Notes: a model not told the origin generated them from the letters alone. 64,000 nucleotides of DNA from Octopus sinensis (GCF_006345805.1 NC_043006.1:23746001-23810000); one strand, 5' to 3'. Shown: positions 13,329 through 28,488, counted from the first letter of the stretch. Numbers and translations: made by a program.

Positions 13329-13761
13329 CTGTATATTCAGCAGACATTCTCTTGCCGATTCCCTGTCTCATAGTAGAGATCTGTATTTCATGTTGCTGTT
13401 GCAGAGCATCGATCTCGTCCTGAAGATTGAAGATGTCCTTCGATGATTCCGTAACCATCGAGTCCGTCCTGGCTTTCAACAGTTGCTCATACTCTCGCAA
13501 GATCCGCGATCGTAACAACAAGATCTCGTCTTTCTGTTCTTCCAGACACTTGTAGATGGCGTCTCCGCTGTTGCTGTTGGAGTCGTTCAAGCGCCAGTGG
13601 CTTGTGCTGGCATCCGCTGCTCCGCTGGTGTCTCTGCCACCACCACTGTCGCCATGAGAGTCGATCGGTGTGGCGGAGGTGATGGAGCGTGACGGACAGT
13701 TGACTATGTCTTCAGGTGGTGTTTGACTGTTGGAGGGTGCTACCAAGTCTTTAGAAATTAC
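13329..13761 (-). CDS. Coiled-coil gene exon, phase 0-1: VISKDLVAPSNSQTPPED...EEQKDEILLLRSRILREYEQLLKART...KRMSAEYT
   Basis: Acceptor ctcccctacag|GTA, donor ACAG|gtgagt, 433 nt. Coding core of ORF 13135..14307. Confidence 0.92.
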
Positions 13762-13798
13762 CTGTAGGGGAGTAGTGAGAGTGTGTGAGATATACATT

Positions 13799-14428
13799 GA
13801 GAGAGAGAGAGGACAAAAAGGAGAGAGAGAGAGGACAAGAAGGAGAGAGAGAAAAAGGAGAGAGAGAAGACAAAAAGGAGAGAGGACATAGAGAAAGAGA
13901 GAGAGGACAAAAAGGAGAGAGACAGAGGACAAGAAGGAGAGAGAGAAGACAAAAAGGAGAGAGAGAGAGAGGACAAGAAAGAGAAAGAGAAAACAAAAAG
14001 GGTAGAGAGAGACGACAAAAAGGAGAGAGGACAAGGAGAAAAAGAGAGAGAACAAAAAGGAGAGAGAGAGCGGACAAGGAGAGAGAACAAAAAGGGGAGA
14101 GAGAGGACAAAAACGAGTGAGAGAGAGAAAGAGGACAAAGAGAGAGAGTGATATGGAAAATAAACCAATATGAGAAAGAGAAAGAGAGAGGAGGGGTGTG
14201 TGAAAGAAATAGTGAGAAGAAGAGAGATGGGGAAAAGAGAGTGAAAGAATAAGGGAGAAAGCAAGTTGATGAGTGAAGCCGGAAAGGAGACAAGAAACAG
14301 AAAACAAAGATTGGGAAAGAGAGAGAAAGAGAGAGAGAGAGAAAGTGGCAAAGAATGAAAGAAAGACATAGTAACAGAGTGAGTCAAAAACAGAGAGAGA
14401 GACAAAGTGAAAGAATGAATGAGAGTGA
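13799..14428. repeat. GA-rich minisatellite (~20-25-bp gagagagaggacaaaaag unit) and purine tract
   Basis: Direct. Confidence 0.9.
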
Positions 14429-14519
14429 CTGGGAGAGATGAGATGGTAGACAAGAACGGAAATTAGGATGAAGAATAAAAAGGGAAAACAACAAAAATGA
14501 CAACAGCTTATGTTGTTTC

Positions 14520-14621
14520 AATTAGTATCATTACTATTATTATTATTATTATTATTATTTATTATTATCATTATTTATTATTATTATTATTATTATATTA
14601 TTATTATTATTATTATTATCA

Positions 14622-14660
<39 letters not shown>
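14520..14660. repeat. (TAT)n microsatellite
   Basis: Direct. Confidence 0.95.
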
Positions 14661-15630
14661 TAAATCCTTCTATCTTGAGATAATGAAGATGGAATGGAAG
14701 ATGGAGAAAACCAGAAAAAAAACCTCAGGAAACCCATCAAAATAAAAAAAAAGGGCACAGTGAGCCGGACCTAAAGGTGTATAAAATACATGACAACAAT
14801 AATAATAACATGAAATTCCTGTTATTCAAAAGACAAACCAGAACTTTTGTCAACAGATTAAGACATTAAGACGGTAGAATGGTTGTATCAAGTTTCGTGG
14901 CATAAAAGACATACAGGTATGTCAGGTTCACCCCAATATCCACAATGAATATTCAGGTAAAAGGTTTGCAGGACATTAAAGCATGTAACATAGGCCCAAA
15001 GGTGATTCTTTTTTTTGTTTTCCCTAAGGCTTATTTTTTTTACTTTTTTTTTTTTTTTTGAGCAAAAGTGCATCAAATGTGGCAGTATATCTTCCATCTC
15101 TTGTTTCTGTCTTTGGATTACAACTTGCTGGGGCGGAGAGGGCACAGCCTTGGACAAAATGATCTCAGTATTTACTTGTTAAATCTGGTATTTATTCTAT
15201 CAGCTTCTTTCACCAAACCAAGTTATAGGGACATAAACAAACCAACACTGGTTGTCAAGTGATGGTGATGGAGGACAACATAGCACAAAGACACACAGAT
15301 ACAGATATATATAGACACTTCCTGTCTGTTTTGGTAGGATACCCTTCATAGTGCCAACCACTTTACAGAATGGACTGGGTGCTTTTTACGTGACACTGGC
15401 AACAGTGAGGTCAACAAGAAACTTGCAAGACATGACCCCTCAAAAGATGGCAGGGAGTGGTTTTGAGGGAGGTGCTTTGTGTTGGGTGGAGAGAGGTTAG
15501 AGTATAATAGAGGGACAGAAATAACTGTCTTGGAGAAGGAGAAATACATGGCTACCCCAGTTGCAAAGGAGCGGGGTGTGAGAAGATGGTGGAGAAGAAG
15601 CCTTAAGGCATACCTCAAGAGGGAAGGAGG

Positions 15631-15662
<32 letters not shown>

Positions 15663-15663
15663 C

Positions 15664-15718
<55 letters not shown>

Positions 15719-15719
15719 C

Positions 15720-15765
<46 letters not shown>
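15631..15765. repeat. (GATA)n microsatellite; another at ~5180-5235
   Basis: Direct. Confidence 0.95.
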
Positions 15766-15766
<1 letters not shown>

Positions 15767-16882
15767 GGGGTTTGACCCAGTTTCTATCAGTCAAATCGAG
15801 TCACAAGACTTTGATCAGACCAGGGTTACAGAAGAAGACCCTTACCCAAAGCGAGACATAATAGGACTAAACCTGAAACCACATATATGTATATGTGTGT
15901 ATGTGTCTTCATATTTGCTATTACCTGTTGCTAACCAGTGTTGGTTTTTTTACATCCCTATAATTTAACCGTTCAGCAAAAGACATCAATAGAAGTACTG
16001 GGCCTTAAAAGATAAATTTGGGGATCAATTTGTTCAATTAAAACCCTTCAAGGTGCTGCCCCAGTATGGCTGCAGTCCAATGTGTGAAACAAGTTGAAGA
16101 TAAAAGATTAGGTTTACAAAATTTTCTACAGTACCAGGAGTGTGTATATACAACATAGTCTTAAACGAGTGTAGAATTGGGTCTGTATACAACATCAGTT
16201 TTAGTGTTTTGTCCCTTATGTAGAAAATGCGTACTGCAAGTTGTGCTGCGTAGTTGTTGAGTGGCATCCATTGTTTCCTGTGGTGTTGTATATTAACTAG
16301 TTTTATATCCTTCTATACATTGGATATACAGATTTCACAAAGCAGGGATAGACACATGTCTTCACACAATGTACTTCAAATTACTCGACTAAACATGATA
16401 CTCCACTAAATACAAACACTCAACAATCTCAAAGACTTCCTATGACTTCCACAAACTCTCAATGACTCCTACGGCTCCTCGGTCACAACCAATAAGTGAA
16501 TCTTTATAAGAGTTCAGATAGTCCTTTCGGCCAATCCGACGGGAGTGTCAATGACTCTCTATTTCTTTATTTGATCACACAGGGCCGAACATAGACAGGA
16601 CAAACAAGGACAAAGTGGGGAAAAAAGGAAACCAATGAAAAAGATGGAATTGAAAAATGAAATGAACGCCACTCGACCGGGCAGTTTCAATAATTTTTTT
16701 TTTTTTAAACATATTAAATTGCTCTTTATTCCCCTTTCTTCTTTCTAAAACACCATGACAACAATTACAGTTCTATGCTGGATCCCACTATATGCAATTA
16801 CATGCTCTTTTTTTCTTTTTCCCTTTTTCTTTTTGTACACACTTACAAAACATCACTTATTACTGTGGTCAATGACTCTCAC

Positions 16883-16957
16883 CGTAACAACCAGCAACAT
16901 TTCTATTAATGATTTAACTGTTTCTCCTATATCTGACAAAGAACGATACCTGGGAAG
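16883..16957 (-). CDS. Candidate exon, phase 0-0: LPRYRSLSDIGETVKSLIEMLLVVT
   Basis: Acceptor gttttcatttaccag|CTT, donor ACG|gtgaga, 75 nt open in the required phase. Confidence 0.6.
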
Positions 16958-18331
16958 CTGGTAAATGAAAACATATCTTACAATGGTACCTGTGACAAGG
17001 AACTCATCACTAAAGAATATAACAGCCAAATAAGATGAACGTGGACCTCAGAACTCACTACATACAATAAAACAATGGCACACAATGTGCTTGAAGCAGT
17101 AGTGCTTCTTCCACCACCACCATCACCATCACCATCACCATCATCATCATCGTTTAACGTCCGTTTTCCATGCTGGCATGGGTTGGACAGTTTCACTGAG
17201 GGCTGGCAAGCCAGAAGGCTGCACCAGGCTCCTATCTGATCTGGCAAAGCTTCTACAGCTGGATGCCCTTCCTAACGCCAACCACTCCAAGAGTGTAGTG
17301 GGTGATTTTTACACTCCACCGGCACAAGAGCCAGTCAGCCGGCACTAGCATCGACCATGCTCAAATGGTGCTTTTAACATGCTGCCAGCACGGAACCAGT
17401 TAGCTGGCTTTGGCATCAACCATGCTCGAATGGTGCTTTTTGCATGCCACCAGTACGCAACCAATCAGCCAACAATCACATTCAAAAGGTGCTTTTTACG
17501 TGCCACCAGCACGAGACCAGTCAGAATAAAAAAATATTAATATCAGCCATGATTTTTGAGTTCTTTTATCTTACATGCAGAGCACTGACTCTGCATCCTA
17601 GACTATTGAGAGCTATGAAAACCGTCTAACCATATTGAGAATAAGAGTTAAGTGTGGAACTAATCTACTCTGCTCATACCTTTTGGTAATGTATCATACT
17701 TTACAAGGCACATTTTGAAATATATATCTTCATCACTGTTTAACATCCACTTTTCCATGCTTGTATGGGTCAGACATAATTTTCGCTGGGGCAGATTTTC
17801 GAGAACTGAATGCCTTTCATATTACCAACCATCATCTGTTTCCAAGTAAGGTAATACTTTCCCATGACCAGGTATGTTTTCATGGAAGATTGGAAATAAA
17901 AGACACTGCTTTTACAATCAACACATGATGTCAAGACAAGAACACAGACACACACGAATGACAGGCTTCCACACTGCTTCCATCTAACAAATCCACTCAT
18001 AAGGCTTTTGGTCAGCCCAGAGCTATAGCAGAAGACATTTGTGCAAGGTGCCGTGTAGTGGGCCTGATCCTGAGACCATGTGGTTGGGCAGCAAACTCCT
18101 TACCACACAGCCACGTATGCATATATTTCTTTCTTTCTTTTACTTGTTTCAGTCATTTGACTGCGGCCATGCTGGAGCACCGCCTTTAGTCGAGCAAATC
18201 GACCCCGGGACTTATTCTTTGTAAGCCCAGTACTTATTCTATCGGTCTCTTTTTGCCGAACCGCTCAGTGATGGGGACGTAAACACACCAGCATCGGTTG
18301 TCAAGCAATGCTAGGGGGACAAACACAGACA

Positions 18332-18383
<52 letters not shown>

Positions 18384-18384
18384 G

Positions 18385-18463
<79 letters not shown>

Positions 18464-18957
18464 GACAGGCTTCTTTCAGTTTCCGTCTACCAAATCCACT
18501 CACAAGGCATTGGTCGGCCCGGGGTTATAGCAGAAGACACTTGCCCAAGATGCCACGCAGTGGGACTGAACCTGGAACCATGTGGTTGGTTAGCAAGCTA
18601 CTTACCACACAGCCACTCCTGCGCCTATATATATATATGTGACAACTGTACAGAAAATTTGTTATATTGTTGGATGACATTTGAGCAGCATTTCCTAACA
18701 CCACCCATGGACAGTTAGTGTGGTCATTTAGCCCCGGGCCAGTCTTCATTCCATTTATCACCAAATCAAAAGCAATTATAGTCTCAGGTGTAACAATATC
18801 AAGGACTACGTTATCTAAAGTTGCCCATCTTGATTTTAATAGGGCAGAAGGGGCGGAGGGGTGCAAGGGTGGTGTGACTGCTATATCTATCTAGCTGGTT
18901 GAGCGACCATATAGAAACTCCCTCTTTGGCTGCTGAAGAACCTAGGAACAAGTGTGG

Positions 18958-18971
18958 CGGCGGTGGTGGTG

Positions 18972-19058
<87 letters not shown>

Positions 19059-19059
19059 A

Positions 19060-19097
<38 letters not shown>

Positions 19098-19117
19098 ATT
19101 GTAGTAGTAGTAGTAGT

Positions 19118-19163
<46 letters not shown>
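18958..19163. repeat. (GGT)n/(AGT)n microsatellite
   Basis: Direct. Confidence 0.95.
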
Positions 19164-19167
<4 letters not shown>

Positions 19168-20019
19168 CCTCCTCTCTTAGCTTAATAATATCCCTGGATG
19201 ATGAAATTGAAACCTCAGCCCATTGCTTCTCTGATCCTCTCAAACATAAATACAAGAGTGTTTCCACAGCTTTATCTGTTATGATTACAAAACTGGTGAA
19301 ACATAAGGAAAAACTACACCTTTCCTATTTTTTTTTCCTTTCTGCCTGAGTCTGTGTGTGTGAGAGAGAGGGGGAAGAGAGAGAGAGGGTGTGTATGTTA
19401 GTTGATGTATAATGGGATGCAGAGAGAGTGAGAGAGAGAAATGAGATGAAAGCTTTGTATAAGGTTACAATTGCTGCTACTGCTGCTGCTGCTGCTGCTT
19501 AGTCCGAAGTTAGTCTGATCAGCCCTGGCTGTGTGGTAAGAAGTTCAGTCCCTCTGCATGGCAAGTGCCTTCAACTATAACCTCTGGCCAACCAAAGCCT
19601 TGTGAGTGGATTTGGTAGATGGAAACTGAAAGAAGCACCTCATGTGTGTGTGTGTGTGTGTGTGTGTGTATACTTTTACATTTTTTACGTTATCCATCAT
19701 CATCATTGTTTAACAGCCACTTTCCATGCTGGCATGAGTTGGACGGTTTGACTGAGGTCTGGAGAGCCAGAAGGCTGAACCAGGCTCCATCTGATCTGGC
19801 AATGTTTCTACAGCTGGATGCCCTTCCTAATGCCAACTGCGCCGAGAGTGTAGTGGGTGCTTTTTACATGCCACTGGCATGGGGGGGGGAGTCAGAGAGT
19901 ACTGGCATCAACCATATTCGGATGGTGCGTTTTACGTGCCAGAGGCACAGGAGCCAGTCATGGGGTACTAGCATTGGCCACATTTGGATGATGCTTTTTA
20001 CGTACCACCGGCACAGAAG

Positions 20020-20245
20020 GCCCAAAAGTAGGTTTACAGTTATCACGTAGGCACTCTAAATTTCTTTTAAAACATTTTATTACATTTAAATTTCTGTCTT
20101 ACAAACTTAAAAGGGAGCTTGCCAAAATTAATTAAATAAGTATAGAATAATGGTTTCATATTTTCTTATAATTGAGATCTAAACTGTTAATAAATGAATG
20201 CAAAAGAGATAGGTCTTGTATAAACCTACTTTTGGGCCACCCTGT
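20020..20245. mobile_element. Tc1/mariner-type MITE, left end overlapped by an RTE tail
   Basis: ggcccaaaagtaggttta / taaacctacttttgggccaccctg inverted termini. Confidence 0.6.
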
Positions 20246-21441
20246 GTATGTAAGTGTGGCAGGAATACTAGAATACTACAAGACAGACATGGCAGGATTA
20301 CATTTCCATTCATTCATTCTTCTTTTCTACCCATTATTCCTAGGAGGGTTGTGGGGGCAAAGTCTTCAGGCACCTCTTCCATAGGGTCCTGTCAGAATTA
20401 ACCATCATCACGCTTTTGGTTTCATATTAATACGTTCCAAATAGTAGCTTAATAACACCAAAAGTATTTTACTAAATTTTTCATTATTTTAAAAATTAAT
20501 CATAATAAAGTCAGTGTATTTTAGCAGAAATATGGCAACAAAACTGTCCCCTCTTAGTTATGTCCACTATAAAGGATCCTTCTTACAGTTGCCTTTAATA
20601 ATCATTCAGTGGCCCATTTTCTATGACTGCATGGATCAGTTCGTGTTTCTACTGAGGCAGATCTTCTATGGCTAGATGCCCGTCCTGTTGCCAAACCTCA
20701 CCAGTTTCCAAACAAGGTAATATTTCCCCTCCATGGCCTAACATGTTTTTGCAGAATATTGGAAATGAATGACACTGCATCTATAACAGTGACACATATT
20801 TACTACAACTATCACATGATGCCAACACAAGGGGACATAAACACACCCACACACACACAAACATGTGTGACAGGCTTCTTTCAGTTTCCATCTACCAAAT
20901 CCACTCAAGGTTTCAGCTGGTTCAGGGTTATAGGTAAAGACAATTGCCCGAAGTGCCACGCAGTGGGACTGAATCCAGGTTGGGAAGCAAACCTCTTAAT
21001 CACATAGTCACGCCTGCTGTTAAAATAACACCCCTCTCCCCCCTCTCTCTTTCTCTCTCTCTCTCCTTTATTTTCTTTGGGACAGTAATAGAGGCTGCAA
21101 AAAGAATCACCAGAGCAATGCTGGGAAGGATGTTTATTACCAAAATATAAGCTCTTTTCCTCAAAAGTAATCTTTCAAGATAACTCACTTCTAAAGAAGA
21201 AGAAGAAAAATACTTGGGATTTCACCTGAAGATACAGGTGTGAATGAAGATAGTTTAATACTTGCTTTATCACCTATGAAGCTATTTTTAATTTAAAAAC
21301 AAAAAAAAACAGTAGTTGCATTTAATCCCTCTTTGGCAAATGATGCACCAAATTGCTGCAACAAATGCATAAAGATGGAGCCTCTATGGGGAAGCTTCTA
21401 TGTAATCAACAAGCCTGCTAGACATAGCAGCCAAGTCTGCT

Positions 21442-21670
21442 TTATCCCTTTCACATTCAGTTTACTCTATCGCATGTAATACTTATTTATTCATATTGCT
21501 TTGAATTAATCAGGGATTATCTTACAGCTTTGAGATTTCAATGATGTGATTGCTTGTTTTCGAAATGACACTGTGGAGTAGGTGTGACAGGCCAGATCTG
21601 GCCAATTTTGACATAAAACAGGTGGAACATTAAAACCAGATGTGACCAGTTTAAATGCTAAAGGGTTTAA
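21442..21670 (+). mobile_element. Second piggyBac-like MITE family, decayed; partial reverse copy at ~1470-1625
   Basis: ttatcccttt...gctaaagggtttaa termini. Internal match to the reverse complement of 1470-1625. Confidence 0.6.
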
Positions 21671-23789
21671 TTACACAACTTGCTGTCTTAAAAATAAGAG
21701 TGGGGGACAAGAACACAATGGATAATGTAATCCCAGGTACACTTAAACATGAAACAAATGTAGGACAGTCATAGTATTTTATACTCTACTAGTGCTCATA
21801 TATTGAAACTAATGAGTTTATATACTCATTTATTTGTTTCAGTCATCTGACTGTGGCCAAACAAAGTCAATGCAAAGACAAGCATGCACACACACACACA
21901 AAATAAATTGTTCTGTGGGTTGGGCAGAATTTGTTGAGACATATTTTCTACAGCTGGATGCCTTTCCTGCCACCAACCGCCATCTGTTTCCAAGCAAGAT
22001 AATATTTTCCAACGGCTAGACAGGGTTTTTCTTGGAAAACTGGAAAGAAGACTATTGGTGGTATGATAGTGATGCTTATTTACTCTCATCTTGTGACATC
22101 AAGACAAAGGAGCATACAAATGTGTGTGGGGGGCAAGATGTTTGTTTCCTGACATGTAGAAAGCACCATCCGAATGTGGCCGGTGCTAGCACCATCTTGG
22201 CTGGCTCCTGTGCCGGTGCCACATATAAAGCACCATCCGAACATGGTCGATGCCAGCCCCCTTGCTCCACCTGGCTCCTGTGTCGGTGGCACATAAAAAG
22301 CACCCACTGCGCTCTCAGAATGGTTGGCATTATTAGGAAGGGCATCCAACTGTAGAAACACTGCCAGATAAGACTGGAGCCTGGTGCAGCCTCCTGGCTT
22401 CCCAGACCCCAATCAAACCGTCCAACCCATGCCAGCATGGAAAACAGATCTTAAACAATGATGATGACGATGATGATGCTGATGGTTCTGGGTTCAATCC
22501 CACTGCATGGCACCTTCAACAGGTGTTTTCTACTATAGCCATGAGCTGACCAATGCCTTCTGAGTGGATTTGGAGAGGGAAATTGGAGGAAGCCCATTGT
22601 GTGTGTGTGTGTGTGTGTATCCATGTGCATCAGTCTGTGTTTGTCACCCCTCCCCCATCACCACCACCACCACCTGACAACCACAGTTGGTGTGTTTACA
22701 TCTCCGTAACTTAAGAAGTTCAGCAGAAGGGACTGATAGAAGAAGTGTATTTTTAAAGAATGGAATCGGAGTTGATTTATTCAGCCAAAAATTCTTCAAG
22801 GCAGTGCTACAGCATGGCCACAGTCTAATGACTGAAACAATTAAAAATAGAAAGAGAAAAATAATACAAATACTCAAACATACACTGACACACACGTATA
22901 CAAATGCACACAAGTCTACACACACCCACACACAACTGATGGACACGGACTTGTAATATTTGGATGAACACGCATACAAACACGAGTATGTGCACATACA
23001 CATACACACACTGACACATGCAATTTAATACACACATGGGTCTGCATGCACACACACACACACACACATATATTCCACTTATGTCTGAATAATGTACAAC
23101 TTTAAAAAAATGTACAACTAAAAAATGAAAAACAAAACTAAACCCCACACCCTTCAAGACTTATGACCTCACTTTGTGTTAGTGTGTGTATATTCATGTG
23201 CCTAAGAGTATGTGTTTATGATGACAAACAACAACAACAGCATCAATAATGTATAGACAGTCAGTGAGAAGTACACAAGTCGTAACAAGGAGAGGCTGTC
23301 TCACAGTTGCATTTCTTTCGACATCAAAACCACAAGATGAGGGTTTCTAAGGAAAGGAACAGGGCGCAGTGAAGAGAACTGAACCCTAAATACACTCCCC
23401 ACCTTACCCCAGAGTATAACTGGTACACACTTCATCAACAACTCCAGATTATCGGAAATCAACACCAACATTTTAGCTCACACCTACACACAAAGAGATA
23501 CACACATATACACAAAAACACACCCACACACATACATAAATATACATACATACATATATACATACACACACATACATATATATATACACACACACACATA
23601 TATATATACACACATACATACACATACATATATATACACACACATATACACACATACATACACATATATATACATACACACACATACATACACACACACA
23701 TACATATATATATATACACACATACATATATATACACATACATATATATATACACACACGCATACATATATATATACACACACGCATAC

Positions 23790-23835
<46 letters not shown>

Positions 23836-24456
23836 GTACATAAAAAGCACCATCCGTTCGTGGCCGTTTGCCAGCTCTGTCTGGCACCAGTGCAGGTGGC
23901 ACGTAAAAAGCACCCACTACACTCACGGAGTGGTTGGCGTTAGGAAGGGCATCCAGCCGTAGAAACACTGCCAGATTTGACTGGGCCTGATGAAGCCTTC
24001 TGGCTTCACAGACCCCAGTAGAACCGTCCAACCCATGCTAGCATGGAAAACGGACGCTAAATGATGATGATGATGATGATGATGACACACACATATATAT
24101 AATATTTACACAGATACAAGAAGTTTCAAAACTAACTTTTTGCCAGAACTTTCTCTTCTCATATTTGAACTGCCACACTTCCATAGTCACAGATATTGGT
24201 GGTGGTGGTAACAACGGCAGCAATGGTGATGACAGTTACGTGGTAGGTGATGACGGTGTCTAAACAGAAGTGACATCAGCCGGCAATATATTCCAAACAC
24301 GTCTGTCATTGTTTCTGTTCTGCATAAATACTTGGCTGTGGAACAATATTTAAGATCCACCCTCAGCATCGTCATCATCATCATCATCATCAACACAGCA
24401 TTAATGCTACTCCTGTAATAACTAATATAACTATTACCACCACCACCACCACCACC

Positions 24457-24488
<32 letters not shown>

Positions 24489-25156
24489 ATCCAGTACAAC
24501 TACCACCACCACCACCATTGCAATTCTGAACATCAATGCCTTTGTAAATGATTAGAATTTTCTATTCCACACCACTAACTAATCTTTATAGGTGTATAAA
24601 CGTGTGTGTGCATGTATGTATATATGTGCGTATGAATGTGTATGTGTGTATCTGTTTGTGAGAATGCGTGTGTGTGTATGCCTGTCTGTGTGTGTTTGCA
24701 TGTGTATGTGTGTATGTATGAATGTGTGTATGTGTGTCTGTATGCATGTATATGCGTCTGTATGCATGTGTGTATATGTGTGTGTGTATGTATGTGTATA
24801 TGTCTATGTATGAATATGTGTGTGTATGCTTGTATGTATAAATCTGGATGTATGTATATGTGTGTGCCTGTGTGTATGAAGACAAATTGTGTGTATGTAT
24901 GCATATGAATACATGTGTGTGTGTGTGCTGGGACAAGAAATACTTGCATTGATGTCTGTGGTCTGTAGACACAGTAACCTCACTTTGGCAAGGTATCTCC
25001 CTTGGAGGAGGCTAACTTGTATATAAAACCCGATGCTCTACAGAGCCAGATATCTTGCACTTTGCTTGTCTCTGGCCCTCTTTGTCTTGCTAATGAGTTA
25101 TTGTGGTGTTGTGCAAGCTGGACTCGACTTAAACCCCTTGCACAGGTATCACTTCT

Positions 25157-25532
25157 TGATATACCCTCTAGCCTTAATCAGGTGTCTTGGGGAAATTTCA
25201 AACCTGGGTTCTCATTTCTAAAGTATTTTTCGTTGTTATTGTTGTTGTTGTTATTATTATTATTATTATTATCATCAATATTCAGGTCACTGCCTGGAAT
25301 CGAACTCGGAATCTTGGGGTTAGTAGCCCGCACTCTTAACCACTATGCCATATGTCCATGGGCAATTATGGAGTGAATTTTAGGGCTTACAAATCTAATA
25401 TTTTCCTATCCTGATGAAGGCTGGAGGGTATATCAGCCGAAACATTGTGTTAACAACAAACAAGATGAGGACAAATATCTATCAAATGTAAATAATGTAA
25501 ACAATTCCTCATCTCTCAAATATAGAACTGTA
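25157..25532. mobile_element. Inverted pair of the PLE/hammerhead module, truncated
   Basis: Minus copy 25157-25410 includes the tRNA head and the end of the GIY-YIG ORF (matches 32625-32690). Plus copy starts at CTGATGA (25411). No clear TSD. Confidence 0.8.
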
Positions 25533-28488
25533 CTTTATTTCACATTGCTCCAGCTCAGTCGACCGTAGAAATGAGTTGCAATGTCACTGGTGCCAAAGTG
25601 TAACGGTCCATTTGCCTTTCCCTTGGATAACATCAGTGGTGCGGAGAGGGGAGGCTGGTATGCATGGGTGACTGCTGGTCTTCGATAAACAACCCTGCCC
25701 GGACTTGTGCCTCGGAAGGAACTTTCCAGGTGCAATCTCATGGTTGAAGAGGGTCTTTAAATATGCGTGTATCTGTGTGTGCATGCATGTACATGTGTAT
25801 GTACGTATGTAGATGTGTGGATGTGCATGCATGGGTGGCTATGTATATGAATGTGTGTATGGTTGTGTATGAAGAGTGGTAGTATTATGCATGTGTGTAT
25901 ATGAGTGTACTTATGTGTGTGTGTGTATGTGTGTCGTGTGTTCGTCTGAGTATACTCATATATGCATGTGTGTGTGTGTGTGGTGTGTGTGTGTGTGTAA
26001 CTAGGTTCACGTTTAGCCCAAGGTCAAGCCTGATAAAACAGACGTATGATCAAAGGCATTTCAGCCATGACCATCCCAACATTTCCTTAAGTCCAGGAAA
26101 CCCAGGACCATATTATCCAACAAGCTTTTCCCTAAGACAGAAATTGCAATTTCAGGGAGATTTGGCTGCTATTTCTACCAGGTTAACTGACTATGTATAG
26201 AGTCTCTTTATTAGCCCTGAGTAACATGCATAGGTGTGTATTATCACAAATATCAAATATCTTTAGATATGTTTGGGAGAATGAGAGAAGGGAGCTGGCC
26301 CCTTGAGAGAGTGTTATGCATGTAGAGATGAAAGAAGGGTTTTTTTAAAGTATTTCCTAAGAAATCTGATCTGGGTGTTGGTACATTGGTTGGAACAGGA
26401 AGAAATGCCAAGGGAAAGCATGGCCCCTGTTGCAGCAGGCCTTGTAGAGATTCTCACCCCACTACTAGAAGTTCATAGACTATTGATGATTTCTTACATC
26501 AAGGGACATTCAATCTATTAAGTCACCCTCACCCTCAAATGTTACTAGTATTTATTTTATCACAACACACACACATACTAACACAGATGCAAAGACATAC
26601 TGATGCACACAAACACATGCAGATCTACAGATGCATTCAGACACACACATACATGCATGCGTGCATGCACGCACACAGATATACAACCTCAGACACATGC
26701 ACAGAGATGCACACAACCACAGACATATAACAAGATGCACACACATACACAGACACAAACAGAGGTACATGATCAGACACACAGATGTACACACACACAA
26801 GCACATACACACACACACATTACAGAACGATAAATAGTAAAGTAGGCCCTAGCTGGGCTTGAACTCACGATACACATGTATGCTGGTCTTAAAATACTGC
26901 ATCCCAGTGTGTGATAAGAGATGACAAAAAGGATCGATGACAGGAGAGACATCTATTGGTGGAAACACCTCTTTTATCTCTTACGACCATGCTGGGGCAC
27001 TGCCTAGAAGGGTTTAGTTGAAAATAAATCAATCCCAGTAATAATGGCTTTGATTTAAGGCCTTATCCTTATAAGGACCTTATTATTTAGGTCCTTATTC
27101 TATTAGTTGGTCCCTTTTTCCAAACTGCTAAGTTACAGAGATGCAAACAAACCAACAGAGGCCAACAACAAAGTGGAGTGAGGAAACACACATACAGGTG
27201 TATCTACATACATACATACATGCATACATACATATATTCTTTTTTTATTTTTTTTCTATTTGTTTCAGTCATTTGACTGCAGCCATGCTGGAGCACTGCC
27301 TTTCATCGAGCAAGTCAACTCCAGGACTTATTCTTTGTAAGCTTAGTACTTATTCTATTGGTCTCTTTTGCTGAACTGCTAAGTTATGGGGACATGAACA
27401 CAACAATAGCAGTTGCCAGGCTATGTTGGAGGAACAAACACACAAACACACACACACATGCACACACACACACCTACACACACGTCAGGCTTCTTTCAGT
27501 TTCTGTCTACCAAATCCATTCTCAAGGCTGTAGTAGAAGACACTTACCCAAAGTGCCACACAGTGAGACTGAACCCGGAACCCTGTGGTTGGTAAGCAAG
27601 CTACTTACCACATGGCCACTCCTGTGCCGATATGTCACTTTGTTTATAATATATCTTTGGCAGAAGTAGATCTTAGTTATTGCTCCAGTGTGCAGGTGCT
27701 TGCAGCTGAGGATGAGCCAAGTAGCTCAAAACTGAGTTTCTTGCGATCCTGTTAGCTGCTGGAGGGTAGTAGCAGTTTGCTCCCCCTGCTAGCGATATAT
27801 TATATATGTAGGGTGCAGAGTGTTGCATGGGTAACCAGCTGGCGGAGAATCTGCCTGGGGTAACATTCAACAGGCACTTTGATGTGGTGACGCACTTTAC
27901 TGTTTAGTATACATTACTATTCTATCTATTCTTTAAATTTTATAACTAGCTATTGTGCTTGTATGTATATATATTTATATATATATATATATATATATTG
28001 GTATCCGGGCCAGTGGCACTTAAAAGCACCCATTACACTCTCTGAGTGGTTGGCATTAGGAAGGGCATACAGCTGTAGAAACTCTGCCAGATCAAGAATG
28101 GAGCCTGGTGCAGCCTTCCAGCTTGCCAACACCCAGTCAAACCGTCCAACCCATGCCAGCATGGACAACGGACATTAAATGATGATGTTTATGATGATGA
28201 TACATATATATCATGTGCTCAACCAGACTAACTGATGTTATTACACATTGCTGCTCACAATGCACTTTTGCATCGATTTAGCTTTTGAATGATGCCCACC
28301 CTGCCGGCTAGGTAAGCAGGCTGACATTCATCCCCCACCCCACCTGGTCAGAAGGCTTGGCCATTTACAGCTGAGAGGTCGGAATACGGTGAAATGGATT
28401 GCTTTACTCAAGAACACAACAAACAGCTGGTCAGGGGAATCGAAACCATCACCTCATGGTCAAGAATGCATTACACCTAACCACCAGG

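Noticed and set aside
13751-14453. Leu/Ser/Phe-rich membrane-like ORFs
   Set aside because: They are translations of the GA/CT minisatellite upstream of the true acceptor at 13762.
18887-19349. PolyT/polyV/polyS ORFs
   Set aside because: (AGT)n microsatellite.
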